NCBI GenBank assembly: GCA_964187785.1
Contig: OZ076409.1
Coordinates: forward strand, 33,234,001-33,298,000
Source of the DNA: Amphiscolops sp. MND2022
Lineage: Eukaryota
DNA length: 64,000 nt
Direction of reading: 5' to 3'
This document shows, in pieces, positions 39,050-51,250 of the stretch. Each line of letters opens with the position of its first letter. Position 1 is the stretch's first letter. Below the pieces are notes generated by a model that worked only from the letters and a program-made list of their open reading frames with translations, was not told where the DNA came from and made no database searches. Both the position numbers and the translations under genes were made by a program.

Positions 39050-40327
39050 TGGTACCTTCGGAAGTTTACAGATCTTAAATGGTGCAAAAACGTACCACAG
39101 TGCTATTTAGGAATTACTCAAACAGAAAATTATCCACGAGTTTGGATTTTAAGATGTGTTTCCACACGAATAGACGCGTCGAGACGCGATGTTTCCAAAA
39201 CGTAGGATTCTATTCACAAAATTTTAAATTTTTTTCATTTGCTACTTTATCAGTAATATATTTCAAACAATGCTGAATTTTAGTCGGCGCCTTTTAGTAA
39301 TATTTTTCCTTCAAGCACCCTGAAACGTCCCTTCTTATAAATTTTATAAATTTCACCTAAGAACGCCGGTTGGAAAGAAGCGATAGTCTATAGGAGCGTG
39401 TGGTTTAGGGTGTTTTTGGGTTTGAATCCTGAGCTGGACAAAAGTTTTTTCATGCTGGCAAAAACTTTAGGGTTTTATTCCGGCACTCTACAACTTTCTG
39501 CGACAAAAGTTTCATTTAGTCAAAGGCTTGGAAAAGTTTTCTGCGAACTTCAAGGGTATCTTTTTGGGTGTCAGTGCTATGAGAAATTCTTGGAAATTTT
39601 TTTAATTGGATTTTTTGATGTTTCGAGTTTGGGAAAAAACTGTTTTCGAGTCGATGGGTACCCCTTCGTATATTTTTGGCACTTGTATTTTGATGAAAAA
39701 TTTCATGATAGTTTCCTTTTGAATATTCTAAACACTTTGTTCATTTTGAACCTTGAGCGAGCCGCAGACTTGGACCGTTCCAGCTTGTTCTATTTCATAC
39801 AATTGAGCGCACTTCGTTTTGGATGTGAACTTTCGCAATATATATATCATCGATTGAACACACAAAAAGTTGAGGTTAAAAACTAGTTCTACATTTAGTT
39901 AGCAGTTGAGCGAATGTTGACTCTGTTGGATGTGAAATGACTAGATAGTAGCCGGAAACCACTTGATGAATTGGGTTTCTTTTATCAGCAATTTTATAAT
40001 CATGGATGAGAAAGCAAATGTTATTTTTGAAAAGTACTATCAAAGTTTCCCTGAGATAGCGGATTTTTCTACAAAACTTCGATGACTTATCAGCAAATTC
40101 AATTTTCATCTCCGATCAACTACAGCTGCAGTTAATTAGCTGAGTTAAATTAAGTTGGTACGTGATCTTAAAAATATGTTCTTCCTGAGCTCACCTGGGC
40201 ACTTACAAATGCAAAACTACGCAATTTATCGATATTGTCGCAAATCTATTTAACGCTTCCTACTAACTCGGACATCTTATAGCCATTCTTTAAGTCTTAT
40301 CTGTAGCTTGAGTTGAGTCATGCTTAC

Positions 40328-40404
40328 GTGGCATTCAGGCTGCAGTAGACCAGCGGGTTGTACATCGTGTTGCTCATAGCCAGCCAAAAGGAGATGAGGT
40401 ATAT
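40328..40404 (-). CDS. Host class A GPCR exon encoding TM7 (tachykinin/RYamide-receptor-like)
   Basis: ttttgcag|[25 protein letters not shown]|gtaag. WLAMS...YNPxxY signature; phase-2 intron joins to the FREGF exon. Confidence 0.9.
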
Positions 40405-40599
40405 CTGCAAAACAACTTAAATTTAGGCCGAAAACAAAATGAATTGATCAGTTGATATCATGGGCTGAAAATAAATTGGACTAAAAAGCATGGATTTAAG
40501 CATTTAAAAATTCATTACAACAATTACTCATTTTTCATGTTCTTTGTCCAGCTGTATTCAGATCTCATATCCAACAAGACGCCCGCTAAGCACCGGGAA

Positions 40600-40691
40600 A
40601 ACTTCCGCCAAAAATGTAACGTATCAGCCCGGGTTCGAAACCATGACCACGTGTCTACCAGGCAGACACATTACCAACTGTGCCATGGGAA
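40600..40691 (-). mobile_element. tRNA-derived SINE head / tRNA pseudogene
   Basis: Minus strand has an A-box TGGCACAGTTGG and a B-box GGTTTCGAACCC followed by a T-run; no intact cloverleaf. Confidence 0.6.
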
Positions 40692-41658
40692 TAGAATTTA
40701 CTAAGTACGACTTGCTGATCAAGTGAAGGGATCAAGCAGCCGTTACAACTAGAATTGTCAAGTAATTAAAATAGTCAAGTAACTCTAGTGTTACTGGTCA
40801 AGTGAGATGAATCTTGGAGATTTGGCAGAATTTGGAAAAAAACGCAACACAAATCATGATTTTCCTCCACCATTTATGTGGGCGGGAAATAACAAACATT
40901 CTATGGTTTCAAACAACGATAGTGTCAGAATTCTAGGAAAATTGACGTAGTTGAAAGTTGTTTCCGCAGCTGTAACAATTCAACAACAATCTTCAGCAGA
41001 TACCTTTAATGTATTAATGTATAATTTTTTGTTGACCCTCCATGGATATCTTAGTAAGATCTTGGAACAATCTTGGCTAAAGATCTTGCCATGGTATTCA
41101 TTTTGCCATGGTAAGATCTTATCAAGAGAGCCACGTTCCCAAGAAACATCTTCTTAAAAAACTCCTCTTTGGCTAGAAAAAATCCGGGAGGAAGTCAACA
41201 AAACATCTATGCGGTTTTACATTGTTAGACATGACAATTTCCGGTGAGCAAGGTATGAAATGTGATTGAAGAGTCCTGATGCTGTTTATTGGAGTCACTG
41301 ATTAAATTGTTCTATCAATTGCAAAACCGTCGCTAACGACGGCGTCAGAAAAGCCTCGAACTGAATCACTACCCAAAGCGGGGCAACGACCTCCGTTTCC
41401 AGCAGTAATAAGGCTACTGAAGCAAGCTCAAACAAAATTGCAAATATGAATTGACAAAAATTTCTGGATTTCTGATTGTTTCCTGTGTAACTTTCCGATA
41501 GTGGCTCTGAACGTTTGAGAGCATTTTCTCCGTCTCTGGAATCGACAGTAGTGATGTTACAAGTTTTCAAAAGCCCTTGAAACGAGCTTTCATTCGGAAC
41601 ATCCGCATTTCTCGGTCTTAAACAGGTGAGGAGTTATTTGGATTATCGTCAAAATTTC

Positions 41659-42007
41659 GGAGTGGGCGGAAATAAGTCGAAGAAACGGGATCGAAAATCA
41701 GAGTTAGTCCTCAGGTCGACATACCAAATTTTTGAATGGGATCGAAACAACTCGGATCGAATTTTTTATAACGTAGTCAGATATGTTCACATACCCCTAG
41801 TGCCTTGAATGCAGGAGCGAAGCGAAGCGGAGCGACGTGCCATAAGGCCATGCCTCAATGTTGCTACTTGGCGAAGGGAGCGAAGCGACCGAGCCATACA
41901 ACAAATACGATAAAATTCGACCGCATTCCATTCGATCCCTGCAATTCGATCAAAAGGTTCGACCTCTGTCTTTTCGACCAGAAAAATTCGACCTATTTAC
42001 AGCCACC
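41659..42007. mobile_element. Foldback/MULE-type MITE with TCGAA subterminal repeats
   Basis: Imperfect TIR GG..GGAAATAAGTCGAA / TTCGACCTATTTAC..CC; 9-bp TSD CAAAATTTC (41650-41658, 42008-42016). Confidence 0.75.
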
Positions 42008-42113
42008 CAAAATTTCGGAAGCCAGAATAAGTTATCGTAATTTTTCGCAAATTTTTGCATGCAATTTTGTTTCAGCGAGTTGAAGCACTTTGAATATGAA
42101 GACGAGTAGAAAT

Positions 42114-42667
42114 GGTTACCAGTCACTTGGCTTAATACCATTTGGCTTAATTTTTTCGTCGAGTCATTTGGCTTAAAAATTTTAAGCCAAGTGACCACAA
42201 AATTAAGCCAACTCCATTCCAACTCAAGGAATAAATATGTCAACTCCCGGAAATATCATGTGGGGCATATGCGGTGTATGCACGCTCGCCCTCACCGTCG
42301 CAAAGACCAGCTCCCACTACGATCGCTTCGCGATCTTCGTTCCCGCTAGGTCTTTGCTCCTGTTCGACCTCGCTTAGCAAGATGGGAATATAAGCGGCCC
42401 CAAGGGGCCGCAGGGCACTAGAGGAAATGGGGACATATCCGAGGGGTACTTGATATGACATGTTATATTAATACGCTGACTTCGTTATAAAGATAAATTC
42501 GACAAAATCTGCCACGTGTTTTCAACTAAGTGGTTTTAAGTCAAATGACTTTAAGCCAAGTGACCAATACTCGAGACACTTAGCTTAAAAAAATTAAGCC
42601 AAGTGACCAATTGTATTAAGCCAAATGACTTTAAGCCAAATGGCATTAAGCCAAGTGACCATTTACC
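42114..42667. mobile_element. Foldback MITE with TTGGCTTAA subterminal repeats
   Basis: Inverted ends GGTTACCAGTCACTTGGCTTAATACCATTTGGCTTAA / TTAAGCCAAATGGCATTAAGCCAAGTGACCATTTACC; 8-bp TSD GTAGAAAT. Confidence 0.85.
42259..42444. repeat. About 185-bp GC-rich structured cassette (copy 1; copy 2 at ~45346-45530)
   Basis: Two near-identical copies; hairpins GATCGCTTCGCGATC and GCGGCCCCAAGGGGCCGC. Confidence 0.9.
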
Positions 42668-43804
42668 GTAGAAATAAATATTGTTGGGTGAAATGAGCGA
42701 GCCCATTAGATTGAGTATTCTCGGCTGCTTGTACCTAAGGTATAGTGTTCTTTATAATTTTAGAATTTTGTCCATCGTGACAAGATACGATCTTGGAATA
42801 ATGTATTATCTTCCCTAGTTGAGACTACAGGAACTTTTTGCATGCTACAGGCCTGCATGCAGGGTAAATTTTTATGAAACCTAGAAAATTCAGTGGTAAT
42901 TCAGGTGGTAAATCATGTAGAATTACACTGCATTTTTCACTACTGCAGTTAAATTTGAAAATAAATACATCATCACCGACACGACCACTTTGTATTTACA
43001 CTTTGTTTTCTCAACAACTCTTCAGATGTGATCACCGCTTTTCAAATAGGACGCTAAACATGACGCTACTTTGCAGTTTAATACGAGACTGAAGTTATTT
43101 TGCATTAAAATGGTTGTTAAACTGAGAGCGATTTATTTGCTTCTAAAGTTAGAACTGCTCCTTAGTGAAACCTGCAAAATTTCAAGGACTAAAATTGCCG
43201 TCAAAACTTTGACGAATCTTTCAAGCAGCTTGATAAAAGTCGAATACAACAGGTAAATATTTTCGCATGAAAGTTTCCGCAAGAGTTTTATAAAATCATA
43301 ATAAAAGTTGCTGGCAACATTAAAGTACATGCAAAAAGTTCAAGAAGTTCGAGCAAGGGTTGGTAAGATTCTTAGTAAGAATCTTGCCATGGGATCCATG
43401 GTTGCCAAGATGTGGTAAGAATTTGACAGGATCTTGCCACGACAGCTAAGATGCTAGTTAGAGGGTCAACACGGGATACCAATACATTGTATTTACCTTC
43501 AGAAACAGATTTGTATGAATTATGCTTTTGAAACAAATCTTGCATGCGTTCGGCATTTAAAAACACTACCATCAGTGCAGATTAATGAAATAAAACAAAT
43601 GTGCACCCTAGTTGGTGAGAAATGCGATCGTTGCTTTGGTGTTACAAGATCCTCACTTTTGATACATTTCTTGGAAAATCTTGTTATCGCATTCCATGTC
43701 TGAATCTTATAGAAATGCACTTTTCAAATCTTTTAGGTAAATGTTTTCTTCAACCCCTAGGGCTCCCTTAAACAATATAGAAAGCAAGAAACATTTTTGA
43801 AGAT

Positions 43805-44003
43805 CTTTATCTGACTCAACGATCCTACAGGGCACGTTAAATGTTTTTTTTTCTACAGAGTATGCATTACCAATCAAGAATGCTTAAAACCTAAAACTGA
43901 CAACTTTATCTAACTCAACGATCCTACAGGGCACTTTAAATGTTTTTTTTTTCTACAGAGTATGCATTACCAGTCAAGAATGCTTAAAACCTAAAACTGA
44001 CAA
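43805..44003. repeat. Tandem duplication, 2 x ~99 bp
   Basis: ctttatctgactcaacgatcctacagggcac...aaaactgacaa repeated. Confidence 0.9.
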
Positions 44004-44907
44004 AATTGCCCGAGTCCTAAATACCCGGAGATACTTGCCATATCAACTTTCACAATATCGTATACTGAAATTTGAAATCAAGCCATTGTAAGCCAGTTGA
44101 AATTCGGAAATACTTTTCTCTTATTTCTTTTGAATCATCAACTTGCTGTTGTCGAAGACAAAAAAGACAAAAATTTCAAAAAACAATTGTCACAGGCTGC
44201 CGCCTGTGACGGATCTATGATTACGACAACAGCGGACGGACAAGAGATCATGCCAGGTACATTGTCGACCTTTTAGAAAAAGGTTCAACGAACTCTTAAC
44301 GAAACTTACATTTACTTTATGTCCTACACCTTAGTATATTTTACAATACCAATTTAGTAATGGAGCTTCTAGTATTAGTCTGTTAAGTGAACGATTTGGT
44401 TATTTTCAAATCAGTTGTTGAAACTTGTCAAAAGACGCTGTAAATGTTGCATGTAAACTGATGCAAGTTAAATACAACTGTAAGACAGTAACGGAAACGT
44501 GTTCAAGTGATGTAGAGTGTTATTCCGGAAACGTCACTTGTGCACGTAGTCGCGTCCAATCAGAATTCACCATTTGTTATTTTATTGATGCTTTTGTATA
44601 TTATTGGCCGAATAAGGCCAATTGACGCAACTCTACTTCTTACTAGTATTTCAGTTAAACGGACAATTCCGGCTGTTTCATGTAAAGATGTAATTGTGAG
44701 GTTAATTATTTATTTTTATAACTAACTAATATTTATGGTGTTTGTATTTTACGCGTTAGATAATCACTTCTGTGCAGTTATAATCAACTGATACCCCAGA
44801 CTTGGTAATACTTGCCGGTGAAGGCCATATACCTATAAATCAATGGTGTTTACTTGATATGAGGCAAATATCCCTTTCAGGCCAGATTGTGTAAAGTGCA
44901 GTACCAC

Positions 44908-45982
44908 GGGGAACAGGAATAACGTCTAAGGAATAACGTCTAAAAGACCACCGGGAATAACGTCTAAAGGAATAACATCTAAATCTGAAATGAACGGGAA
45001 TAACGTCTAAAAAAAACGGGAATAACGTCTAAAAGTGGAATAACGTCTAAAAAGCGGAATAACGTCTAAAAAGAGGAATAACGTCTAAAACTGACATACG
45101 TTTAAAATGCCAAAAAACCATCAAAATACGTCTGAAAAACGGGAATAACGTCTAAAATTGGCAAATACGTCTAAAACGTCAAAAAATCATCAAAATACGT
45201 GGCAGCGGGAAGAACGTCTGAGGAATAACATCTAAAAACAGAACGGGAATAACGTCTAAAATAATCATTTTTTGAGACTAGCGTCTAAAGATTTAGACGT
45301 TATTCCTGTCTCGAAAAAGGCTCTCTGAAAGCGAAAATATCAAATTGTGGGACATATGCGGTGTATGCACTCTCGCCCTCACCGTCGCAAAGACCAGCTC
45401 CCACTACGATCGCTTCGTGATCTCCGTTCCCGCTAGGTCTTTGCTCCTGTTCGACCTCGCTTAGCAAGATGGGAACATAAGCGGCCCCAAGGGGCCGCGG
45501 GGCACTAGAAGGAATGGGGACATATCCGAGGCACGTTTTATATTTTAAATCACTTTTTAGTTTTAGATCTTAAACGATTTATTTTTTCCAATTTCATGTG
45601 TTTTTCCCGTTTTTCAGTCGTATTTTGATGACTTTCGGATATTTTGGCGTTTTTTTCAGGATTCTACTCGTTATTCCTTTTTCGGACGTATTTGCATAGT
45701 TTTTTGATATTTCGGACGTTTTTTTCGATTTAGGTATAAATACATATCGGACACATAGACTTTTGCTCGTATTCCGTGGCCTTCGATAATTTCATAGTTC
45801 ATTCCTTAAAACTAGAATAAGGGAAGAACTTTTCAGCATCAGAAACAATATTTCAAAATCGGGAATAACATATAAAAAAACGGGAATAACGTCTAAATCT
45901 TTAGACGTTATTCCTGAAAAATGAGTAAAATTTAGACGTTATTCCTTTAGACGTTATTCTTTAGACGTTATTCCCGCCCCTA
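44908..45982. mobile_element. Foldback/MULE-type element with GGAATAACGTCTAAA arrays
   Basis: More than 10 direct copies on the left, inverted TTAGACGTTATTCC copies on the right; 9-bp TSD CAGTACCAC (44899-44907, 45983-45991). Confidence 0.85.
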
Positions 45983-45999
45983 CAGTACCACCTGTACTA

Positions 46000-46810
46000 A
46001 ATTGAATTAGAGTAAAGATAAGAAACGTGATAAAAATACTTCTATTGAGTAAACGTTTTCGACGTTTCTGTCATTGTCAAATTCTAAAAACAAATTATAC
46101 ATAAAACAATAAAAAACAACTGTAAGTTTTCAAAAAATGTAAACATTAAAACAAGTAATCCAGCACACTGGTTAACAGCTATCTTTACTTACACATTGAG
46201 ACATCGAAGCTCATAATTTCTGACAGCCAAACATAACGTTTGGGACGGCTAAATTCTTATGGTTAACAATCGCTGTCTGTATTCGTCTCGGGTGTTTAGA
46301 GCCGGTTTCCGTCTGTCAATGTGGAGTGCCTCCAGCGTCTGAAATGTGACTTGGTCTCCTGCGGTGTCAATAATTTTCCAAGAGTAACTGCTTGAGCCTC
46401 CCATGCATGTTTTCAGATGTTGTCCGAGGGGCTGCGATTCTCTATGATGTTCATTGAAACGAGTAGAAAAATGTCGGACAGTTTGACCAACATAGCTGAG
46501 CTTGCACCCAGAACATGTCATTTCATATACTACTCTACTTTTTAACATTCTAGAGAACCCACTCTTTAAACTCGGCAATAGGTTTTTCAGTTTGTTCGTT
46601 GTAAAAATCGGCTGTATTGGTATGAGTTTTCTGAGTTTTTGAACAAATTGATCAGTAACCCGCCCCCTGTACTGAATAATAAAGTGGTCTTTCTTTGTTT
46701 CCTTGTCCCTGTGTGCATTTCCAACACTGTTGGAAAATCTCTCTCTGCATTTCTCGAGGGTATCTAGCACGATACCATCAGTAAACTCTTCCGGATATCA
46801 GTTCTTCTTG
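46000..46810 (-). mobile_element. 5'-truncated Penelope-like element: GIY-YIG endonuclease C-terminus plus 3' tail
   Basis: ORF 46249-46770: VVYEMTCSGCKLSYVGQTVRHFSTRFNEH...LEALHI..RKPALN (CxxC within GIY-YIG, PLE type); upstream N*YP remnant. Confidence 0.88.
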
Positions 46811-46982
46811 GCTACCATTCTTCTTGGCTGAATTAGCCCTGACTACCATAACTGTTGCAATGTTAGATTAATTATCCAGATAAGGCCATAGAACTATGTT
46901 TGTCCTAACATGTAATCATATATTCTCATGCTTGATTAAACTCAGCAGTGCTGGCGTGGCGGAGCGTGCCATCTCTACATAC

Positions 46983-47013
46983 CTGCCATTGCGAAGAATA
47001 CTTGTTGACATCC
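46983..47013 (-). CDS. Candidate 31-bp micro-exon of the same GPCR (extracellular loop 3)
   Basis: ttccatcttag|G GAT GTC AAC AAG TAT TCT TCG CAA TGG CAG|gtatgt. Ends in phase 0, giving DVNKYSSQWQ-IYL, comparable to the tachykinin receptor ..IQQVYL. Confidence 0.5.
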
Positions 47014-47354
47014 CTAAGATGGAAGTGTTTATTAGAATACAATAGTTTGTTTGAAGTTACGGCTTACACTTTATTACCCTCTAAAATGTTGCTCACGTGA
47101 CCCGCCAATTATGTAGAAAATGTGAGTGTCACCTTTCAGGGATATATACTCTTATATAAAGAAGCAAAGGAATGAAAGCATTCTTGTTTCTTATTATTTT
47201 CCGACACCTCAGTTTAAAATGGGGAGGAAAATCATCATCTGTGTTGCGTTTTTTTTACTAATTCTGCCAAAATTCCACTTTTATTACTCCACTTGCTCAG
47301 TCTCCCTACTCAGCCTTCATACTGAGAGTATCCCTACTCAGCCTTCATACTGGC

Positions 47355-47497
47355 AATAATATCTAAAAACAAAAATAAGAATAAGATATAAAGGGAATAA
47401 GATCTAAAATTTCAGGACGGGAATAAGATCTAAAGGGAACAAGATCTAAAATCACAAAATTTTAGATCTTTTTCTTTAGATCCTATTCCCCCTCCCA
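47355..47497. repeat. Short foldback relic of GGAATAAGATCTAAA repeats
   Basis: Several direct copies followed by inverted TTTAGATC copies ending ATTCCCCTCC. Confidence 0.6.
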
Positions 47498-47575
47498 AAA
47501 TAGCTATGGCTCAGTGGGTGAAGGCGAAAAGGGAGGAAAATATCCCGGTGCTTAGCGGGTGTCTTGTTTTACCAA

Positions 47576-48293
47576 TGTAACGTCAGCCACTGGCATGACA
47601 AAATTTCGATGAAAATTTCGAAATGTGCGATATCAAAACAGCACATTCAAAATGGCCGACCTAGCAGGTACCAAGACGTGAACGAGAGAAAAAAGTGCGC
47701 GAAAGCAGAACAAAAAAGAAAGCACGTGAGAAGATATCAAAAAAAGAAAGAAGAACGCCATGGAAAAGAAGGAGAATTCAGCAGAAGAAAAGGTCAATCC
47801 AATCGGAATGTTGTGCCATCTCTCCGAAAAGACACCCGAATATGAAGAACGATGCCAGAGGCTGAGTCGATGAAGAACCCTAAACTGTAATGTTGTTGGT
47901 GCTTATCCCCGTATTTTGTTGTCATTTATCAAGTATTTGGGTGATGTTAGACCTACTAGGTCTCAATTTTAGAACTTATTCACCAAATACAATGTATTTT
48001 AGCTAGACACCTTTTTGGACCTCAGAAGTATGTAGGAAGACATAGGAACGTGCTAGAAACCTTAGGAAACGTTTTTACAGGCTTGTGGGGCGTGTCCGGA
48101 CTTTGAGGGTGCCGGCGCGTCGCTTCGGAGCTCTAAATTGAGAAGCCTCCTTTGACGATAGAAAAGTCCCCCTAGGAGACCATTTTGGGATTAAAAACTA
48201 GTGCTTAGGGATGTAGTAAGACAAGGGTCTCCTGTTTAAGCACCCTAGGCATTGTCCCTCTTCCTAGATGTGCGTCGCTAGCCGGTCGTTACA
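47576..48293 (+). repeat. 5' LTR (718 bp)
   Basis: Direct repeat of 62975-63689 with scattered substitutions. Confidence 0.95.
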
Positions 48294-48309
48294 TCTGGAA
48301 TAGTTTTTA

Positions 48310-48327
48310 TGGCGACCACAGAGGGAT
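48310..48327 (+). promoter_or_regulatory. Primer-binding site, tRNA-Arg(TCG)-like
   Basis: TGGCGACCACAGAGGGAT, 16 nt downstream of the LTR end. Confidence 0.8.
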
Positions 48328-51250
48328 ATTTTTCATTTTGCGTACAAGTAGGAGCAACTTCTGCTTTCCTGCCCTGTTAGGTCTGGATCTAGGAAGAGCT
48401 AAAGGGAGGGTCCTAGATTGTTTTTATAGCTTTTTTTCTAGCCCTCTGGGCTCTGTACAAGTGTTGTTTCTACGTTTCCCGCATGTTTCTGAGGTCTATA
48501 ATGAGAAATTAACAGTTTCTAACGGTGTTCCCCCCTGATCTTTACTTGTACTTAACAGAAAAGCAAATCCGGGCTATCCGGAACGTGTTTTAAAGGGTTT
48601 TCCAGCCTTTTTTCGGCTAATTGACAATGTAGAGGGACCGAGAGGACAATTAGTGAACGCCTCAATCAGCTGAGTGCAAGACGTCAGGTACTTCACGTCA
48701 CCACCTCACTCTCCCCTGCAGTGGCCGAGTCTACAAGTACAGCTGAGTTATTTCATTCCTATCGCTTTTAAAGACCCAAAATGAGTAATCCCAGGCCTGT
48801 TCCCATTGTAACTAACTGAGAAGAATACCCAGAGGGTGTTCCGATCAGTTGTTAAAAATTCGAGCTTGACAACCTCGAAAATAACGCTGTTTATGGCTTA
48901 AACCCCGAAATTTTCGTTTTTGAAAGCAAAAATTTTGTTAGACGAAATACGGCCAGTGGGAATAAAAGAATAACGTTTTAACAGACCCGGTGGGTCTAGA
49001 ACAAGAAATTTTGCAGGGCCACTTTTTCGAAAATAACGAAAACCCGAGTGAATTTAATTGAAAAATCGTAACAATCGGCCATTTTGACCCAATTTGACAC
49101 GGGCAAAGCCTTGGGCGTTAATTCCCAAGCCTTTTAAAAGCCCCAAAAGTTCTGTTGTCGAGCTTTGTAGTCTGAGACACTAGTACCAAGACGTTTTTTT
49201 TGCATTCCCCCAATATAAATTGAAACTTTATTAATCCCTTTCTTTTATTACACACAGGCCTGAGCAGAGGAACCCATAGACCCGAGTGTTATTGAAATCA
49301 AAATAAATATTGAAACCACCGCAAACCCCTAAATAAAGTTTTAGTACATCCGAAAGCTTCTGAAAAAGACCATTTGAAACATTGGAATACCGAGAAGTAC
49401 AAAGTTCTCAGCGAAAACGAACATTTTCTGTACTGTCCCGAGATTGTAAAAAGTGTAACTTAAATAAAAAGTTTAAAGACCTTATTTGGAACCAGGTTTT
49501 GCCTGCCTATTTTCTGTTAATACCAAGTATAACGTTGCAAACGCAGAAAACGGCGAGTGATTCCAACCAGTGGTTGCCGAGAAATAGTCAAAAACGTGTC
49601 ATTTCAGTGACAATTCCAGGACATTGGAGTAGCGTTCCCAGAGCAGGTCGAAATCTCTCCTAGTGAGAGCAGCTCAAAACAGATTGAACCATCGTATAGA
49701 CCACAAAAAGTTACGTTAGTGGTGTAACTTTCGTTGCGCTAGTATTACTGGTGATCGGGAAAACTTAGCCGCAGTTTTGCCCAAAAAGTGTACGAAATTG
49801 TAGAAAAAAATCAAATTTTAGTTGAGCATAGTGCAATACCTAGCAGGTATCCCAGCACTAAAATTCTTGCATTTTCGATTTATGCAATTTGAGCAGCCGG
49901 CTACTAGCGAAAACTGAGAAATTGACATTTTTGTGAATTTTGACCCGAAAAAGTGGTACCTCAGGTACATAAATATTTCGCCACCTCGAATCGCCAGATA
50001 CTGATCCAGGCACCCCGTCGCTAAATTTTTCTATTGTGTGGGCATAGTTTACGCTCGCATGCAAAATTTCAGGTAGCCTGGACGCCTAGAAGGCGAGTTT
50101 AACAGGTTCTTGTGAATTTCGTGACATAATAAAATTTTCAAAAAATGATGTAAAAAGACCGTAACACCCACTGAATCAATTTCTGCGCAATCGGTGACCA
50201 ATTTCCCACGATTCAACTGGTATAGTACATGGTGAGAAATTTTCGAGTCGCTACTAGCGCTGGAAGCAATTTTCACCATTTTCAAGCGTGCTATTTGACA
50301 TAAAATTCATCGATTTCCCAAAAATCTAACGAAAAATCGCTCGCTCCATAAGCCAAAACAAGCAAGTAAAGAACACAAATACCCAACTAGCGCAGAAAGC
50401 GTCTCCAACGCATCCCATTAAACCGATAATACCACTTAAAAAGCGTTTGCAAAATCAAGGACTCCCCGTGACACACTTATTGAGATAGAGAACTAGCAAA
50501 CCAATAATCAAGTCTATAAGAAAAATGAACGTTTGACGGCATAACACTACCATTACGGTACCCACCATCCCACCAAACTCAGTGCCTATCTCCATACAAA
50601 CTCCCAAAACCAACCTCCGTTTTCATTTAGCCCTTGACACTCGAATACATCAGTTAGAAAAACGTAGCGAAAGTTGAGCATCACAAACCCCAACAAGCGC
50701 ACTGCGCTGAGGCACTTTCAACTCACCGCCAAATTAAACAGCCACCCAAAACTCCAATTATGATTCCGCCATTTCACCCACGGCTCCCCTAGTAAACACA
50801 CAGTGCACAATAATCTGTGAACCCCGTCCCAGTAGACACAAAAAAATTGTTTATTGAAGTCGTACCATCTTCAACTTGCAAAAGGAGAAATCAAAACTTT
50901 CCGTTGACCTTAGTATGAAGTATAGCTTTAGTTATTTGAGTTAGCAGCAATATTACCGTTTCCTTAACTGACAATAATCTCAAAGAAAGATTATACCCGT
51001 GGAGGCGAAACGTCACCGTTCAGGCCCACTCATTCCTGTAATCAAATCAATCATTCGAACGGTAAACCGAATCAACTTACTTCCGTTTCCAAGGGGGAAG
51101 GATAGAGTTAGTAACCCCGCCACGAACCAAACCAACAAACTTAATCGCAATAGGTTCGCAAGCTACGGAATCAGCGAAGATGGATAGAGATTGCCTTGGA
51201 AACTTTCATGCCACGCATCCATTCGGCAATGAAGTGGAAACCAACATTAG

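Noticed and set aside
40600..40691. Functional tRNA gene
   Set aside because: A/B boxes are present but the acceptor and anticodon stems do not pair; treated as a SINE or pseudogene.
44917..45300. GGAATAACGTCTAAA array as a CRISPR-like array
   Set aside because: Repeats are about 15 nt with 0-10 nt irregular spacers, have inverted counterparts and a 9-bp TSD, and there are no cas genes. These are foldback transposon arms in a eukaryote.
47564..47845. Lys/Arg-rich ORFs (also 62888-63280, 5158-5365, 11925-12214)
   Set aside because: They lie inside LTRs and their frames are not preserved between LTR copies.
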